Shown piece by piece: positions 12,820 to 25,500 of a DNA stretch of 64,000 nt. This DNA comes from Lama glama. Its lineage: Eukaryota. Position numbers and translations under genes: made by a program. The stretch is from contig CM052818.1 of NCBI GenBank assembly GCA_028534125.1, forward strand, positions 36,768,001-36,832,000. Direction: 5' to 3'. Position 1 is the first letter of the stretch. The number at the start of each line of letters is the position of its first letter. The notes beneath the pieces are model-generated. The model was given only the letters and a program-made list of their open reading frames with translations, was not told the origin of the DNA and ran no database searches.

Positions 12820-14560
12820 AAGTTCTATTCATTAAAAAGCTCAATAACCTGGCAGGGTACAAAATAAACACATAAAATTAACAGCTTTCTTTTTTGTCAG
12901 TAATAAATAACTCATTAGAAGATACAATGGGACAGAAAGATTTCACTCTGTCTGTATGTAGCATCTAGAATGAAGTTTCTAAGAACAGTTCGGAGCTCAT
13001 ATGAAGAAAACCACAAATGTTTACAGAGAGATATGAAAGTAAACTTAAATAAACAGAAAGAGAGAGAGGGTAAATGGAATAGCACGTTCCTGAATGAGCA
13101 GTCTCAATACTGCAGTCAGGATGTCAATTCTTTATAAACCAATTTATAGATATCATCTAATTCATATGTTATGTTAAAAAAAAAGTCAACAAGAGATTTT
13201 TCAGCATGTTAAAAATGATTCTAAAGTTCACCTGGGCTATTAGATGTGTCAGAGATAGCAGCTAAACATACTTTGGAGAACAATAATAATGAAGTTGATC
13301 TGTATATCAGATTTTAAAACATAATATAAAAACATCTGTAATTATAATAACGTGGTATAGCACTAGGTCAGAGAGAGAATGGAACAGAATAAATAGCCTG
13401 GAAACATGCTCTAGTTTATATAAGAATTCATTCAGTGTATGAGAGAAGTAGCATTTCATATTGGGGGAAAAGAGAGATCATTCAATAAACAGAACTGGGA
13501 GAATTACATAACTATTAAAAAAAAGTTAAATTCCTATCTTATATCTTACAAGAAAACTGGAGCTGGATGAAAATGTGAACCTATAAAATGAAATCATGAC
13601 ACAGCTAGAAGAAAATGTAAATGAATAGATATCTAAAGACAGAGAGGGAAGGATTTTCCAAGCATAAAAACGAGAGGAAACATCAAAGTGAAAAGGCTGA
13701 TAAACAGGACAACAAACAAATTAAAGGCTTCTATACAATCAAGAAACCATAAACGAATTTAAAAGACAAATGACAAACTGGGAAAAATATTTCTAACATT
13801 ACACCAAAAGGTTAATATCCTCTTATGCATAAAGAGCTCTCACAAATCAATAAGAAAAAGATGAATATAAATAGAAGAACAGGCAAAGGACAGGAATGTC
13901 AATAAACACAGAAACAAATGCTCCAGCCCATTGGTAATCAAGGGAGTGCAAACTGGGGCCATGAGATACCATCACTCACCCACTGATCCAACGGACTGAG
14001 ATAGTTTTAAAAATTATAATAGGTAAGCGTGGGGTAAAATAGGTGTTCTTATGCTATTTATGGGGGCACATGCTTTTGGGGGCGACCTGGTGATGCAGGT
14101 CAATGTCTTCAGTATCCTCCTATGGCTAATCTGGCAATAACTGCTCTAGGAATTAATCTTAAGGAAATAACCCCAAAGGTCTGCAGATATTTATTTTCAA
14201 CAACACCTGATTTCAATGTTATTTATAACAGCAAATCATTATCTAGAAAAAAAAATCCAACAATAGTAAGTTTGTTAAATAAGATATGGCATATTAATAC
14301 AATGGAATATAATGAAATACAGCCTTTGATGATGTTTCTGAATATGTAATGACAATGGGAAATCAATACAAGGTTAAGATGGAAAAAGCAGGAGATAAAT
14401 ATATATATAGTACAACTCCAATTCTGCTCAAAGTGACAAATAATAGACTCTAAAATGTTGTTTTTATCTTAGTGAGGAGATGAGGCCTGGCTTTTCTTTT
14501 TGCTAAAATTTTCCATAAAGAACATTATTCTTATAATTAGAAAGTTATATAATTTTAAAA
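12820..14560 (+). mobile_element. Old, degenerate L1M (ORF2 3' part and 3' UTR)
   Basis: A-rich with L1 ORF2 remnants (aggatgtcaattct, gattctaaagttcacctgg, aaaagacaaatgacaaactgggaaaaatattt). No open frame. Confidence 0.85.
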
Positions 14561-16009
14561 GATCAAACCTTGGTAATTCTATTTCTGGAACTCGATCCAA
14601 AACATCCTTTCATGTAACTCTTACACTCCCCCCACCCCCCCATGAGGCTGGTACTATTATCTTCCTGTGACACGTGGAAGACAGAGGCCTGGGTGGAAAA
14701 TGTGATGAGTCTATGTTGCCATCGGAGCTGGGCCTTGTCGTTTTTGCCTGACACCAAAACTATGAACCAAGATAACACATAAGAGGGTTATAGTAGGGAA
14801 AAAAACCCAAACAGAGACACCTGATTGGTGAAATGGCTGAGCAAACCAGATCACAGGCATAATGGAATGCCAAGTAGGCACTAAGAAGTGATGTAGAGGA
14901 ATCATTTTCAATGACGTGGGACAATGTTCTAAAGCGTAAAAAAGCATGATGCAAAATCTGACTTGCAATGTGTCCCTGGCTACTGTAAAAATGCAAACCA
15001 AAAGGAAGACTAGAAGAAAATACGATAGGATATTAATGACAGCCATCTCTAGACAACAGGTTTTTAGGGATTACTAGTTACTTCATTATGCCTGAAAACA
15101 TTACACAGCGGGTGTTGCTTTTATTGGGTGTTGGAAACGGTAGATAGGACACAATGAGATGCCATTTTCCTCCAAATTAATAAAGATTCTTAAATATGGT
15201 GTTTCATATTAACTTAAAAGAATGAATATGTCACTCATTATTACCCTCTTCCTCATACCTTTCTATCCTTTAAGGCCAAGTTGAAGGCTCACCTTTTCCA
15301 GGAAGCCCTCCTCGATTTGCCCAGCCTGTTCTGTTCTGACCTTTCAAAACATGTCTTCAAAGGAGAGCTTTGACTCTTGGCTTCAGAAACTGTCACATTG
15401 ATCTCTAATGGCATCATAGCTCTTGAGCTGAATTCCCTACCAAGTATCCTAGAACCCCTAGGATGGGAAGCACACCACCTTTTGCTCTTGTGTCTTGTAT
15501 GTGTGGCTGTGAGCCGGGCAGGCTTGAGAAATTGGCGTCAACAGAGCTGCCATTACTGTGCCTTCTGCAGCTTGGGCCTGTGGTTGGGTAAAGGGTAGAT
15601 GATTATCATGAGTGGCACTAGTCCACGATGAAGTTCTGGGACCAAGCATGGATGAAAACTCAAGAGTGAATTTTCCAAAACACTAAGTTTATCCTATTTG
15701 GAATTATAGCCTTCCTACTCTTCGGTGTTAAAATTTTCATTGTTTTTTGAAATAATGGGGTGAAGAATAGAGGATAATTTATAAATGTTATTTAACACAA
15801 ACTAGTAACTGTCAACTTCATGTTGCTTCTCCCATTTTCATCATGGTTCATGGTTCATGAGATACTAAACATTGCAACTAACTCTTTTGAAGAAGGGAGT
15901 TTAAAGAATTTATTACGTTTGTAATCTAAATAGTACTGGTACCCACTGAACAAAACTAGAATATCATTGGTTCCCCTTCAGAGAAGTATTATTCCTAACT
16001 ACCCAATCC

Positions 16010-16215
16010 AAAATAGCCACCCCTTCCCTTTTCCCAATAATTTTCCCTCATAGCATTTATAATTATCTAGACTATACTTCAGTGTTTCTTTTCTTTTTTT
16101 ATGCTAAGTCTCCTTATGGAGACTGTATGTTCCATGAAGACAGGGTCTTAGCCTGGCTCCTTGTTGACACACAGTAGTAGGTGCTCAATAAATATTTGTT
16201 AATAAATAAAGGAAG
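16010..16215 (+). mobile_element. L2 3' end
   Basis: gactgtatgttccatgaagacaggg...gtaggtgctcaataaatatttgtt. Confidence 0.8.
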
Positions 16216-18265
16216 GACTCTGGAATAGGAAAGGGTGGGGGCTCATTGTACTAGAGGATTTTGATCAGTCTTAAAATACTGGAAAATCAAATTTAGTAGT
16301 AAAAGTCATTGATGGCTAAAATACCAGTTCTAGGAATTGATGATAGCTACAGACTAGCATGTGGTATCCTGTATCTGGAGAAAACTCTTGTGAAGGTTTC
16401 CTTTGGTGCCAAGTCATCCTGGGAATAAGACATTAAAAACAGAGTAAACACACTGAGCAGAATTCCTGGCCAGTAGCACTGGCTCCCGCTCCGGCAGGAC
16501 GTATTAAGTGGAAACATACATACAACTCAATTGCAAGTAGTTCTCCATCCCCAGCTTCTGATTAACACTCTCCTTCCCCCAGGCCTCTCAGCTTCTCTTT
16601 AAAAACAAATCGTTTTTGCAGTAGTTGATGAGAAAATGCCCTCTTGTGGGCGTGACAGTGGACCACCTCGACAGTGTCAAAGATTTCCGAAAACATGGTT
16701 ATTGAAGAGAACGCTTTCATTAGATTTAAAGATTTTTTTTTTAAATTTCAAACATCAACCCTTTGCTAAAGGGAAAATGCTTTTTCTAAAAGGCCATTAA
16801 ATAGGACTTGATTCACTTCTGTGTGTCTAACTTAGCAATGCAAGTTCTGATTATCTTGAACAGCATCATCACAAAGATAATTATTCTCCTTTCTAAACTT
16901 CTATACGATTTGCTAATGACTGGGTGACTTTTTTTTTCTTATCATCACCCAGAATCTGCCTCCTTTCTGCTCCCAGGAAACCATCACCTGAGATTGACAG
17001 GCAGCAATTGAAAATAATAAAATTATGTAAGATGAGCTTGTAATCATGAGCATTTCACAAGAAGCAAAATGCATTTCGCTCTGGCTGAGGAACTGAAAGT
17101 TTCTTCCCCATTTTAAATCTGTATCAGAGGTAAAGCCTTCTATTAAAACACAATTCTCGGTACACTTAGAGCCTCTGGCAGACTGCCAAGGAGACGATCA
17201 TGGAACTATTGCTGCAGAGAAGCAGGCCGTCAAAGGCACGGAGGAGCATCCAGAGAAAGGAGCAGAGTCTCTGGAATTCTTGGAGGGTTCTGCTCACAGC
17301 CACCCTCATCCCTCTGGCCAGGTTCCTCTGCTGCTGGGAACACGCACATCGACAACGCTTCTTTCTGGAGGCGCGTGGGGAAGGTGAACATTCAGAACAT
17401 TCTTCCCTGTCTTTTGCTCTACACACACACACACACACAATTTGGTTTCTTCTTCCCTTTCTCACTCCTTTCTGTTTTGTATTACTGCCATCATCGTTAT
17501 TATCAAATTATAAACCCTGTGGTGCAGGATCTGGTTAATTGCAACCCTTTTGCTGGATGTAATTTACAGGTGCAAGTGACCACTTGGGGGCACAGTTATT
17601 TGAGAAGGCTGGCACTCGGCTAGCATTCACCGAGGCAGGCTTTTCGGGTTTGGAGCCTGCTTTAGCTTAGCTGTCTCTAAGAAGCAAGCCCTCCAATCTC
17701 GGATCCTGCAGGAGCCCCAGGATGGACTAAAACCTTGAGAGAATTGTTCATTTAAGAGGGCTCTGAGACTTACTGTGAGGGATATTACATGTGGGATCAT
17801 ATGATTGTATTTTGTTCCTTCCTCCCTTTTAAATACTGGTTGTTCAGGAATTTCTTCCACATTGAGGCCTGTCCTTCCCATGTTTTTGTTAGTATTTGTG
17901 TGGGCATGCACACAAACACATTGCTCACTCTGAGGGTGGCAGGTGGCAAAAATTAACCTTATTAGTGCTGTTAAATTTCTTTCCCAGGTTAAATAAGTTC
18001 TAATTTTTCCCATTATGAAAGATATGTTGATTACTTTTTAAAAAATCTATTTTTTAAATAGAGAATTTTAAAATAGAAAGAGGACTACTGTTAACATTAG
18101 GGCATATTTTCAGCCTTTTGTTCTACGTCCTTCTTTGTTTTCACATACTTGATATCATAGTATATATATAACGTGTCCCCAATTTCTTTTCATTAAGCAA
18201 CTTTCCAAAACGATTCTCTCAAATAAACAAACTCATGATAAAGTCAGTTTAGAAATTTTGTTTTC

Positions 18266-18563
18266 CAGAAACAGACTCACAGACATAGGAAACAAACTCA
18301 TGGCTACCAGAGGAGAAAGGGGGTGGGAAGGGATAAAATGGGAGTTTGAGATTTGCAGATACTACTATATATAAAATAGATAAACAGTAAGTTTATACTG
18401 TATAGCACAGGGAACTATATTCAGTATCTTCTAACCTATTATGAAAAAGAATATGAAAAGAAATATATATGTACATGTATGACCGAAACATTATGCTGTA
18501 TGCCAGAAATTGATGCAACATTGTAAACTAGCTATATTTCAATTAAAAAATATATATATATAA
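18266..18563 (+). mobile_element. Young 5'-truncated cetartiodactyl/camelid-type L1 3' end with TSD
   Basis: cagaaacagactcacagacatag...tatactgtatagcacagggaactatattc...caattaaaaaa. 15-bp TSD agaaattttRttttc at 18251-18265 and 18564-18578, with TTT preceding the first copy (L1 endonuclease-like site). Confidence 0.9.
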
Positions 18564-21069
18564 AGAAATTTTATTTTCAAAATCTCCAAAGAAGTGTTTT
18601 GTATTTTTCCTTATAGTCTCCTGATCAGAAGAAAGGCAGGGAATGCTTTTCATGCACCTTTTTGCCACCCCTTCTCCAGCACCCAAACACATACTCCGAG
18701 GACAGAGTTTCCTCGAGGCAAACCGGGCTGTGTGGTTCACAGCTGGGCAGAGGGATGACACAAACCTGGATGGGGGAGAAGAAAGAGGATGGGGGTGTGG
18801 TGCACAGGTAACACCTGGGAGCTGATACAGGCTGGACTTTCACCGATGACCCCAGGCCCCAAGGATATCAGATGAGCACACAGGTTTAGTGCCCTAGGAA
18901 GATTTATGTGTGATGTGCAGGAGAAACGGAGCAAAGCCCTTTCTTTGTGGCTTAGTTATGCACAGTTTGGATGCACAGTTATTTTACACCTTGGTGAAGG
19001 GATTCCTTATCTAGTCACACATTTCAGGAATCATCCCTGCTTCCATGTGACAATAACCAACACACAGAGAGAAAATTCCCCAGGCTTTGCACCTTTCCAC
19101 CCAGCACAGCTTGAAACAGTACCGGTCATGGGAGAGGATCCCTGGGAGCATCTGGACCCTCCGCTGCCATCTCTCCAGCTCGTGATGCTGCTTCCATGAT
19201 CTAGGATTTGGGGTCCTGCTTCTCACTGGCACGTCTTAGATGGCATTCGCCTTCTCTGGGCCTCGCTCGATCAAACTGTGACATGCGCCTAGCAGGGGCC
19301 TGGGCTTTTAGACGAAAATCAACAAAGGAATATAAACAAAAGATGGGATGATCAAAATTCCCCCAGGAGCACATGGTCTGCTGGGGACCCCTAAGAAGTG
19401 GTTACATGGAGAACATGGTTATGGGCTCCTCCTGGAGAAAGGCGTGAATGACAGGTAGGATCTAAACTGAGCAGAGAGATGTGAAAGTTTTCAAGAGATG
19501 GAAGAGGGGAGAGGAGAACCAAGGGTGGCCTCCGCCTGGCCAGAGAGTGTGGCTCCTTGGAGCCAGGTGACGGTCCCTCTGTCACCAATGCACCTTCCTA
19601 CTCTCCAGCCATGTCCTGACTCGCTGAGATGGGCTCCACACTCCATTCCCCCATCCTCTGAGCATCAACACTGCAGGCTCTGGCCAGGGAGCCAACCACA
19701 CAGTTCTGGCGCTCATGCACCTCTAGCTAAGCCATCGACATCTCTCAGAGGTGAATTCAGTGTAATGCCTCCTTTAGAAATCACCGTGCAAACCCCAGCT
19801 GGTCTTCTAAGCTTAGCTCTCGCAGGAGAGAGTAGATCTGTTAGTTGTATTGAGCTGGTGAGCTGGTGAGCTGGTGGACTTGGGACGGGGGTCAGCGGTG
19901 AACAGAGGGAGGCACCTGAATGGAGGGAGGGTGACCATCATCAAGACCCCTGCTCTTGGAGGGTCTCCAAATGCCCTGGTTCCTGGGGCTTCCCAGTGAC
20001 GACAGCCCGCCCTCATCAGCCACCCCTGTCTTCCCAGCTCTCCCCTGTAGAGCAGTTTCAGCGTCCACCCACACACTCTCCTCCCGTATTGTCTACATCG
20101 TGCGATGAGGCAGCGCCCAGGAATGTGGACCTCAGGGAGACAACTGAATTCAGCTTTCATGCAGATGAACTTTGTCTGCATTCCTGGAAGGCAAGAACTG
20201 CCCTCCCACCCCCACCCCACCCCCTTACAGGCCTGTTACAGGCAGTACATAGGGCAGTAAAGCTATTATTAGTGCCATTATATGAGGTGGCTATGTTCCA
20301 AGAGATGAAGTAACTTGCCTAGATTATGCCATGTGTAGGTGGCCTTGCGAGGATGCTGAGTCCATACCTACCTGGCAGTGAAGGCTGTGGCTCGTGAGCA
20401 CAAGGCCTCGCTGCTTCAGGAAATGAGATGCTGCCCGGAAATGTGGAAGTGGGGGACGCTGACCTCAGAGTCAGACTGCAGACTCACCAGAGAATGGGTC
20501 ACAACAGAGAGGGCAAGGTCACTGTAAAGGCAGCTGTCACGCTGCTGTCTCAGACTAAAGGCATTCACGTGACTACAGAAAGAACCCATCAACCAGCCCT
20601 GAGACTCCAAGCCAGAGAGGAAGGGGCCGAGCCGGGGACAGGCCACCCTGGTCCTACCCCCTGGTATCTGGTCAGTTCTGCGGGTGGCTGCCTGAGCTGG
20701 GGCGGTGCAGTCATGGCTTAAGGGCATTGACCTTTAAGACCATCCACCCGCCTGTCCCCAGCGCAGAGTCACCAAGCAGCCTCCTGATAGACACTCAGCT
20801 TCCCGTGTGATGTGCCTTCAGGGGAGAAATCTGTCTAGGAGCAGCACGAGCATCTGGCTCCCTGGATGCCATACTTTTAGTGTAAATCACCCAAACGCCA
20901 TGGCCATGACCCCGTGACCTGGAGACCATTCAACTCTGGGTAAGCTGCCTGTCCAGAAGGAAAACCCCCAGCACGGAGAGCTTAAATGACAGCTCCAACC
21001 TGTGGGGACACTGCCAGTTAACCAGTCAACATCCTCCCTCGCTGCTGGCTGTCCTCAAACACTGCACTG

Positions 21070-21485
21070 CTCAATGTCCGTCCACAGGAAAGTGGACACA
21101 CAAACTGTGGCATGTGCCACGGAATACTACTTAGCAATAAAGAACAAACTACTGGGATACGTGTCAGTGTGGAAAAACGGTGCAGCTGGGCACCAGAGTA
21201 CACACCACATGTTCCTGTTCATAAGAAAGCCAACAGCAGGCAAAGCTCATCTATGGTGACTGATAGCAGAAAATGGTTGGGGAAAGAAGCAGGATTGCTT
21301 GGAGGAGGCACACAGGAACTTTCTGGGGGTGATGAAAATGTTTTACATCTTGTTTTGGATGGTGGCTACACAGGTGTATATAGTTATCACAACTCAGTGA
21401 ACTAAACACTTCAGATCTGTGGATTTTATTTTTATTTTATTTTTTCTGTACTGCCTCAGCTATTATCCCTCAAATAAAATAAATA
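21070..21485 (+). mobile_element. Old L1M (MC/MD/ME-type) 3' UTR
   Basis: ggaatactacttagcaataaag...ggaactttctgggggtgatgaaaatgtttt...ggtggctacacaggtgtata. Confidence 0.8.
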
Positions 21486-21623
21486 AATACAATGCCCAGC
21501 ACAGGGCAAGATACACAGCAAATGCTCAGATTGTTGAACTGTTAGTAAATGACTTTTTCCCTCTAAGCAAATTGTTGAAAGAATTTATTAGGAGAACCAG
21601 TTTGGAATATGCTTAGAAGTCTA

Positions 21624-22517
21624 TTTTTTTTATTGTGGTAAAAATATTAACATAAAATATACCATTTTAATCAGTTAAGTGTACTGTTCAGTAGCATTAA
21701 GTACATTCACATTGTTGTATAAACATTACTACCATCCATTTCCAGAACTTTTTCACCTTCCTCCACTAAAACTGTACCCACTGAACGAGGACTTCCCATT
21801 CCCCTCTCTCCCAGCCCCTGGAAAGCATCATTCTACTTTCTGTCTCTATAAATTTGGCTATTCTAGGTACCTCATATGTGTGGAATCCCACAATGTTTGT
21901 CCTTTTATGACTGGCTTATTTCACTTGGCATAATGCCTTCAAAGTTCCTTCCTGCTCTAGTATGTGTCAGAACTTCCTTTCTTTTTAAGGCTGAGTAATA
22001 TTCCATTGTATGTACATAACATATTTTATTTATCCATCACCCATTGATGAATACTTGGGTTGCTTCCACCTTTTGCCTTTTGTGAATAATGCTGCTGCGA
22101 ACGTGGGTGTATAAATACCTATTTGAGTCCTTGTGTCCTTGTTTTCACTTCTTTTGGGTATATACCCAGAAGCAGAATTAGATGATTATATGATAATTGC
22201 ATGTTTAATTTTTGAGGAACCTCCATACTGTTTTCCTTGGTGGTCAGATCATTTTATATTGCCATGAGAGCAGCGCATAAGGGTTCCAATTTCTCCACAT
22301 CTTCACCAACACTTTTTCTTTTCTTTTTAAGTAACAGTCATCCTAACGAATGTGAAGTGGTATCTCACGACGGTTTTAATTTGCATTATCCTAATGATTA
22401 GTGATGTTGAGCATCTTTTCATGTGCTTGTTGGCTACTGCTATATGTTCTTCAGAGAAATATCTGCTCAAGTCCTTTGCCCATGTTTTCAATCGAGCTGT
22501 CTGTTTGTTGTTGGGCT
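21624..22517 (-). mobile_element. L1MA/MB-type 3' end
   Basis: ttttttattgtggtaaaa...gtagcattaagtacattcacattgttgt...tttttaaggctgagtaatattccattgta...gatgttgagcatcttttcatgtgc. Confidence 0.9.
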
Positions 22518-25500
22518 GAAAGTAAACAAGTTCTAATTGTAACTTTGTTTTGTCCTCCCCACTGTTACAAGCTCAGTCCCTAGATATTGATCTCATGTCC
22601 CCATCCTTAACCCCAGTGGACCCCTGGTCACATGGAGCATGGGAGCCAAGAGTCAGACAGCCAACTGCCTCCTCCTTTCCCTAGGACCAAGGGAGACTAC
22701 ACCTGGCCTAGGTGCCTATATCAGATACCAAAGAATGTCTGTGGAGGCCAGACATCCTGAGAGGCACACCTGGAATAAAAACAGCTGACAGTTCCTGCTC
22801 TTAAGCTGTGACTTCACAGTTCAGTGAGTGCCCACCCCACCCCTGCAGCCTCCCCAGGAGTCCTCATCAACAAAGATGGCTTTTTCTGGTTTCTGCAGAA
22901 TCTAGGAGAGAAGCTTCACATTCCTAGGGGGGAACCTGCCCAGGGCGGTGGCTCTGGCATGCCCTCTTCACTGGGGGATGTGAGGGACGGAGAGTGGGGA
23001 GAGGCAGGGGCTGTCATCACAGCCCCACCTGGAAACCAGGGCTGGAGTCCTTGCTGCAGGATGACGGGTTGTGTGGCTTTATCTCAGCCATGTGGTAGCC
23101 TGAGCTGTTTTCCTCTTAGTCTCTCTATTGCAGCCTGTGACCTTCCCCTTATGTCCCAGGCACCAGTCACTGATGTCTCACAGGTCACACAACCCATATC
23201 CCCTCCCTCCAGACAGCCCCTGCACTGCCAGACCTCTCCCCCAGGGGTGCCAGAGCAGACCCTGTTAGATACCCAGTGCCAGCGGAAAAATGTCCCTTCA
23301 GTTACAAGAGAGGTGGTGACTTCATGGAGGGGAAAAAAATGACTTCCATGAAGCCTGGTTTCCATAAAAATCATTTTTCTCCTTGGGGGGAAAAGAGGAA
23401 ATTTTAGATCTTAGTGCCATTTGATTGTGGAAAAAGGCAGCTTCCCCACGATGCATGAAGCAATCCAGGTGCTCCTTTTTTTTTTTTTCTTTTTTGCAAT
23501 GTGTTGCCATAGATCGGTAGGTTGAGAAGCTTCAGAGCTTCTACTTGGCATACCTAGGTTTCAGCAAGAAATATGTTCCTTTCACAGTTTGAATATTATT
23601 CAAGTTGTGATGATTAAAGCTGGTTGGAACAGCATGAACCGAATAGATTACAGCACTCCACTTCTCGCAGGCTCTACGCTGGCCGGAGCAGCCCGGCACA
23701 CACACGGTACACAGCCTCCAGGTCTCACTAACCCGGCTTCCAAACGTGCCACTTATGCTTCCCAAATTCTGTGGCCCTTGCTTTTGGTTTGGAAAGCCAG
23801 AATCAGAGCATGTTCAGCTTATATTTCTTTAGATCCAACAAATAAGCTACTGAGTGGCAAAATAAACTACCCCAAACAAATCAGCTAATTTAGTGGCAAA
23901 AGAACACACGCTTAGCTCGAGAAGTCAAAACAGCAGCACTGCAACAAGATGGCCTCATACGAACGTGGGTCTGAGGTTCCTGCACTAAGACCGGAAGCTC
24001 AGACTCAGCTTCAGGGAGATGACTGGGGATGCACATAAACACAGAGAAGGCCCCCCCATCACAGCTCACCCAACATGGCAATTGTTTTCTGGACGGGACA
24101 GAACAAACCAGGCAGCGGCCCCTGCTGCAGTGAACACTGCTGGACTGGCCAAAGTTCAATCCGCTTGTTGCCCCAAAGGTGACAAGCCTGGCCTCGCTGA
24201 TGAGAGATTCTAGATCGGAGCTTTAGAAAATCACTGCATGTGCTCCGGCAAGACAACTGCATATCGGCTCCCACGCGGCACTCTACCCTTCTGTGTGCTT
24301 AAAGACCAGGTTTGAGGGTTTTATTTGTATCTCCAATCTGTTAGGAATCAAAGCGTGGTCCTACCATGCACGGCTAGAGCACAGCTCACATCACATGCTG
24401 CTTTATCAGCAAGTGACGTGGGAGGGTGATGTGGCCCCAACCTAGTGCACACCTTCTTCAATGAGCAAAGCCCAGGGATCACGCTCTTGGCAGTCAAGGC
24501 AGTACCAAATCCAACAGAAGTTTCTAAATGCTTATTCTCAATTGCTCTTGTCACAGACTGATAACCAATCTGTGGCCTGGCACCAATCTGAGGACCAAGC
24601 TTAGAGGAGCATCATTTGCTATTGGACTGGGCAGCCTGGTCAGTGGCAGCAGCATCCAACCTAGGTGGCTGGGCAGGATCACGAAGGGGTCTGCGGCAGC
24701 ATTCATGATTGTGTTCTTCCCCTGTGCTCTATCTTTCAGAACTTCCCAGGAAACTCCTGGACTGGACCACTTGTTGGTCTTACTTCACTTGCTCTCCACA
24801 TGCCATGGGCTTCTGAGTCAGGATGGGAGCTCTCCTGCTCAGGGCCATGTCTCAGTGAGTACTCAACATGTACCAGGTCCAAGGCTCAAAGACAAAGCTG
24901 GTCCTTACCTTCAAGGAGACTGTGATTTCCAAAATGAATCCAGAAACAACCACTTGTTCGTGTGATATGAAACAGAGTACAACCTACCCTTATACGTAGA
25001 CAGTAGTTAACGATATGCCTGGTACTGTTCTAAGCACTGTAAAGAGGAACCACTTAATCCTCAAATATTCAATTCTCATACATTTAAGTCAGGGAACCCT
25101 AAGAAGCCTTCTGACCACAAAGAGAAGTAGTCAGTTAGACCTAAGCCTTCAAGATAAACTCAGAATTGAACTTTTGTTCAGTTTACAAACAAGGATGGCA
25201 GTGAGTTTAAGTGTGATGGTGTTTGAAATTGTACCAGCGGGGTTTTGGTTTCTCTGAGTTTATTTCAAGCCTCCAAATAAAATTAGTTGGACCTCAATTT
25301 ATTATGTCAACTGTCGTAGTCAGTGAGCAAGGTGGCTAAGTGCGTGTCTATTCTGTTATTTGAATAAAGCAATTTATATTCCATATGAAAGGGAACACTG
25401 GCTCTCTTCTTTCTTCATAGGTTGGCAGTTGTCTGGAGGCCAGGCTTGTGCACTCCTTAAACCCCTCCAGCCACCCCTGACCTGACCTCAGGCAAATGCT

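Noticed and set aside
12663..15198. Reading the 67-bp direct repeats as LTRs or TSDs of a 2.5-kb mobile element
   Set aside because: The interior is a patchwork of old L1 and MIR fragments far more decayed than the identical repeats. There is no TG...CA pair, PBS or coding capacity.
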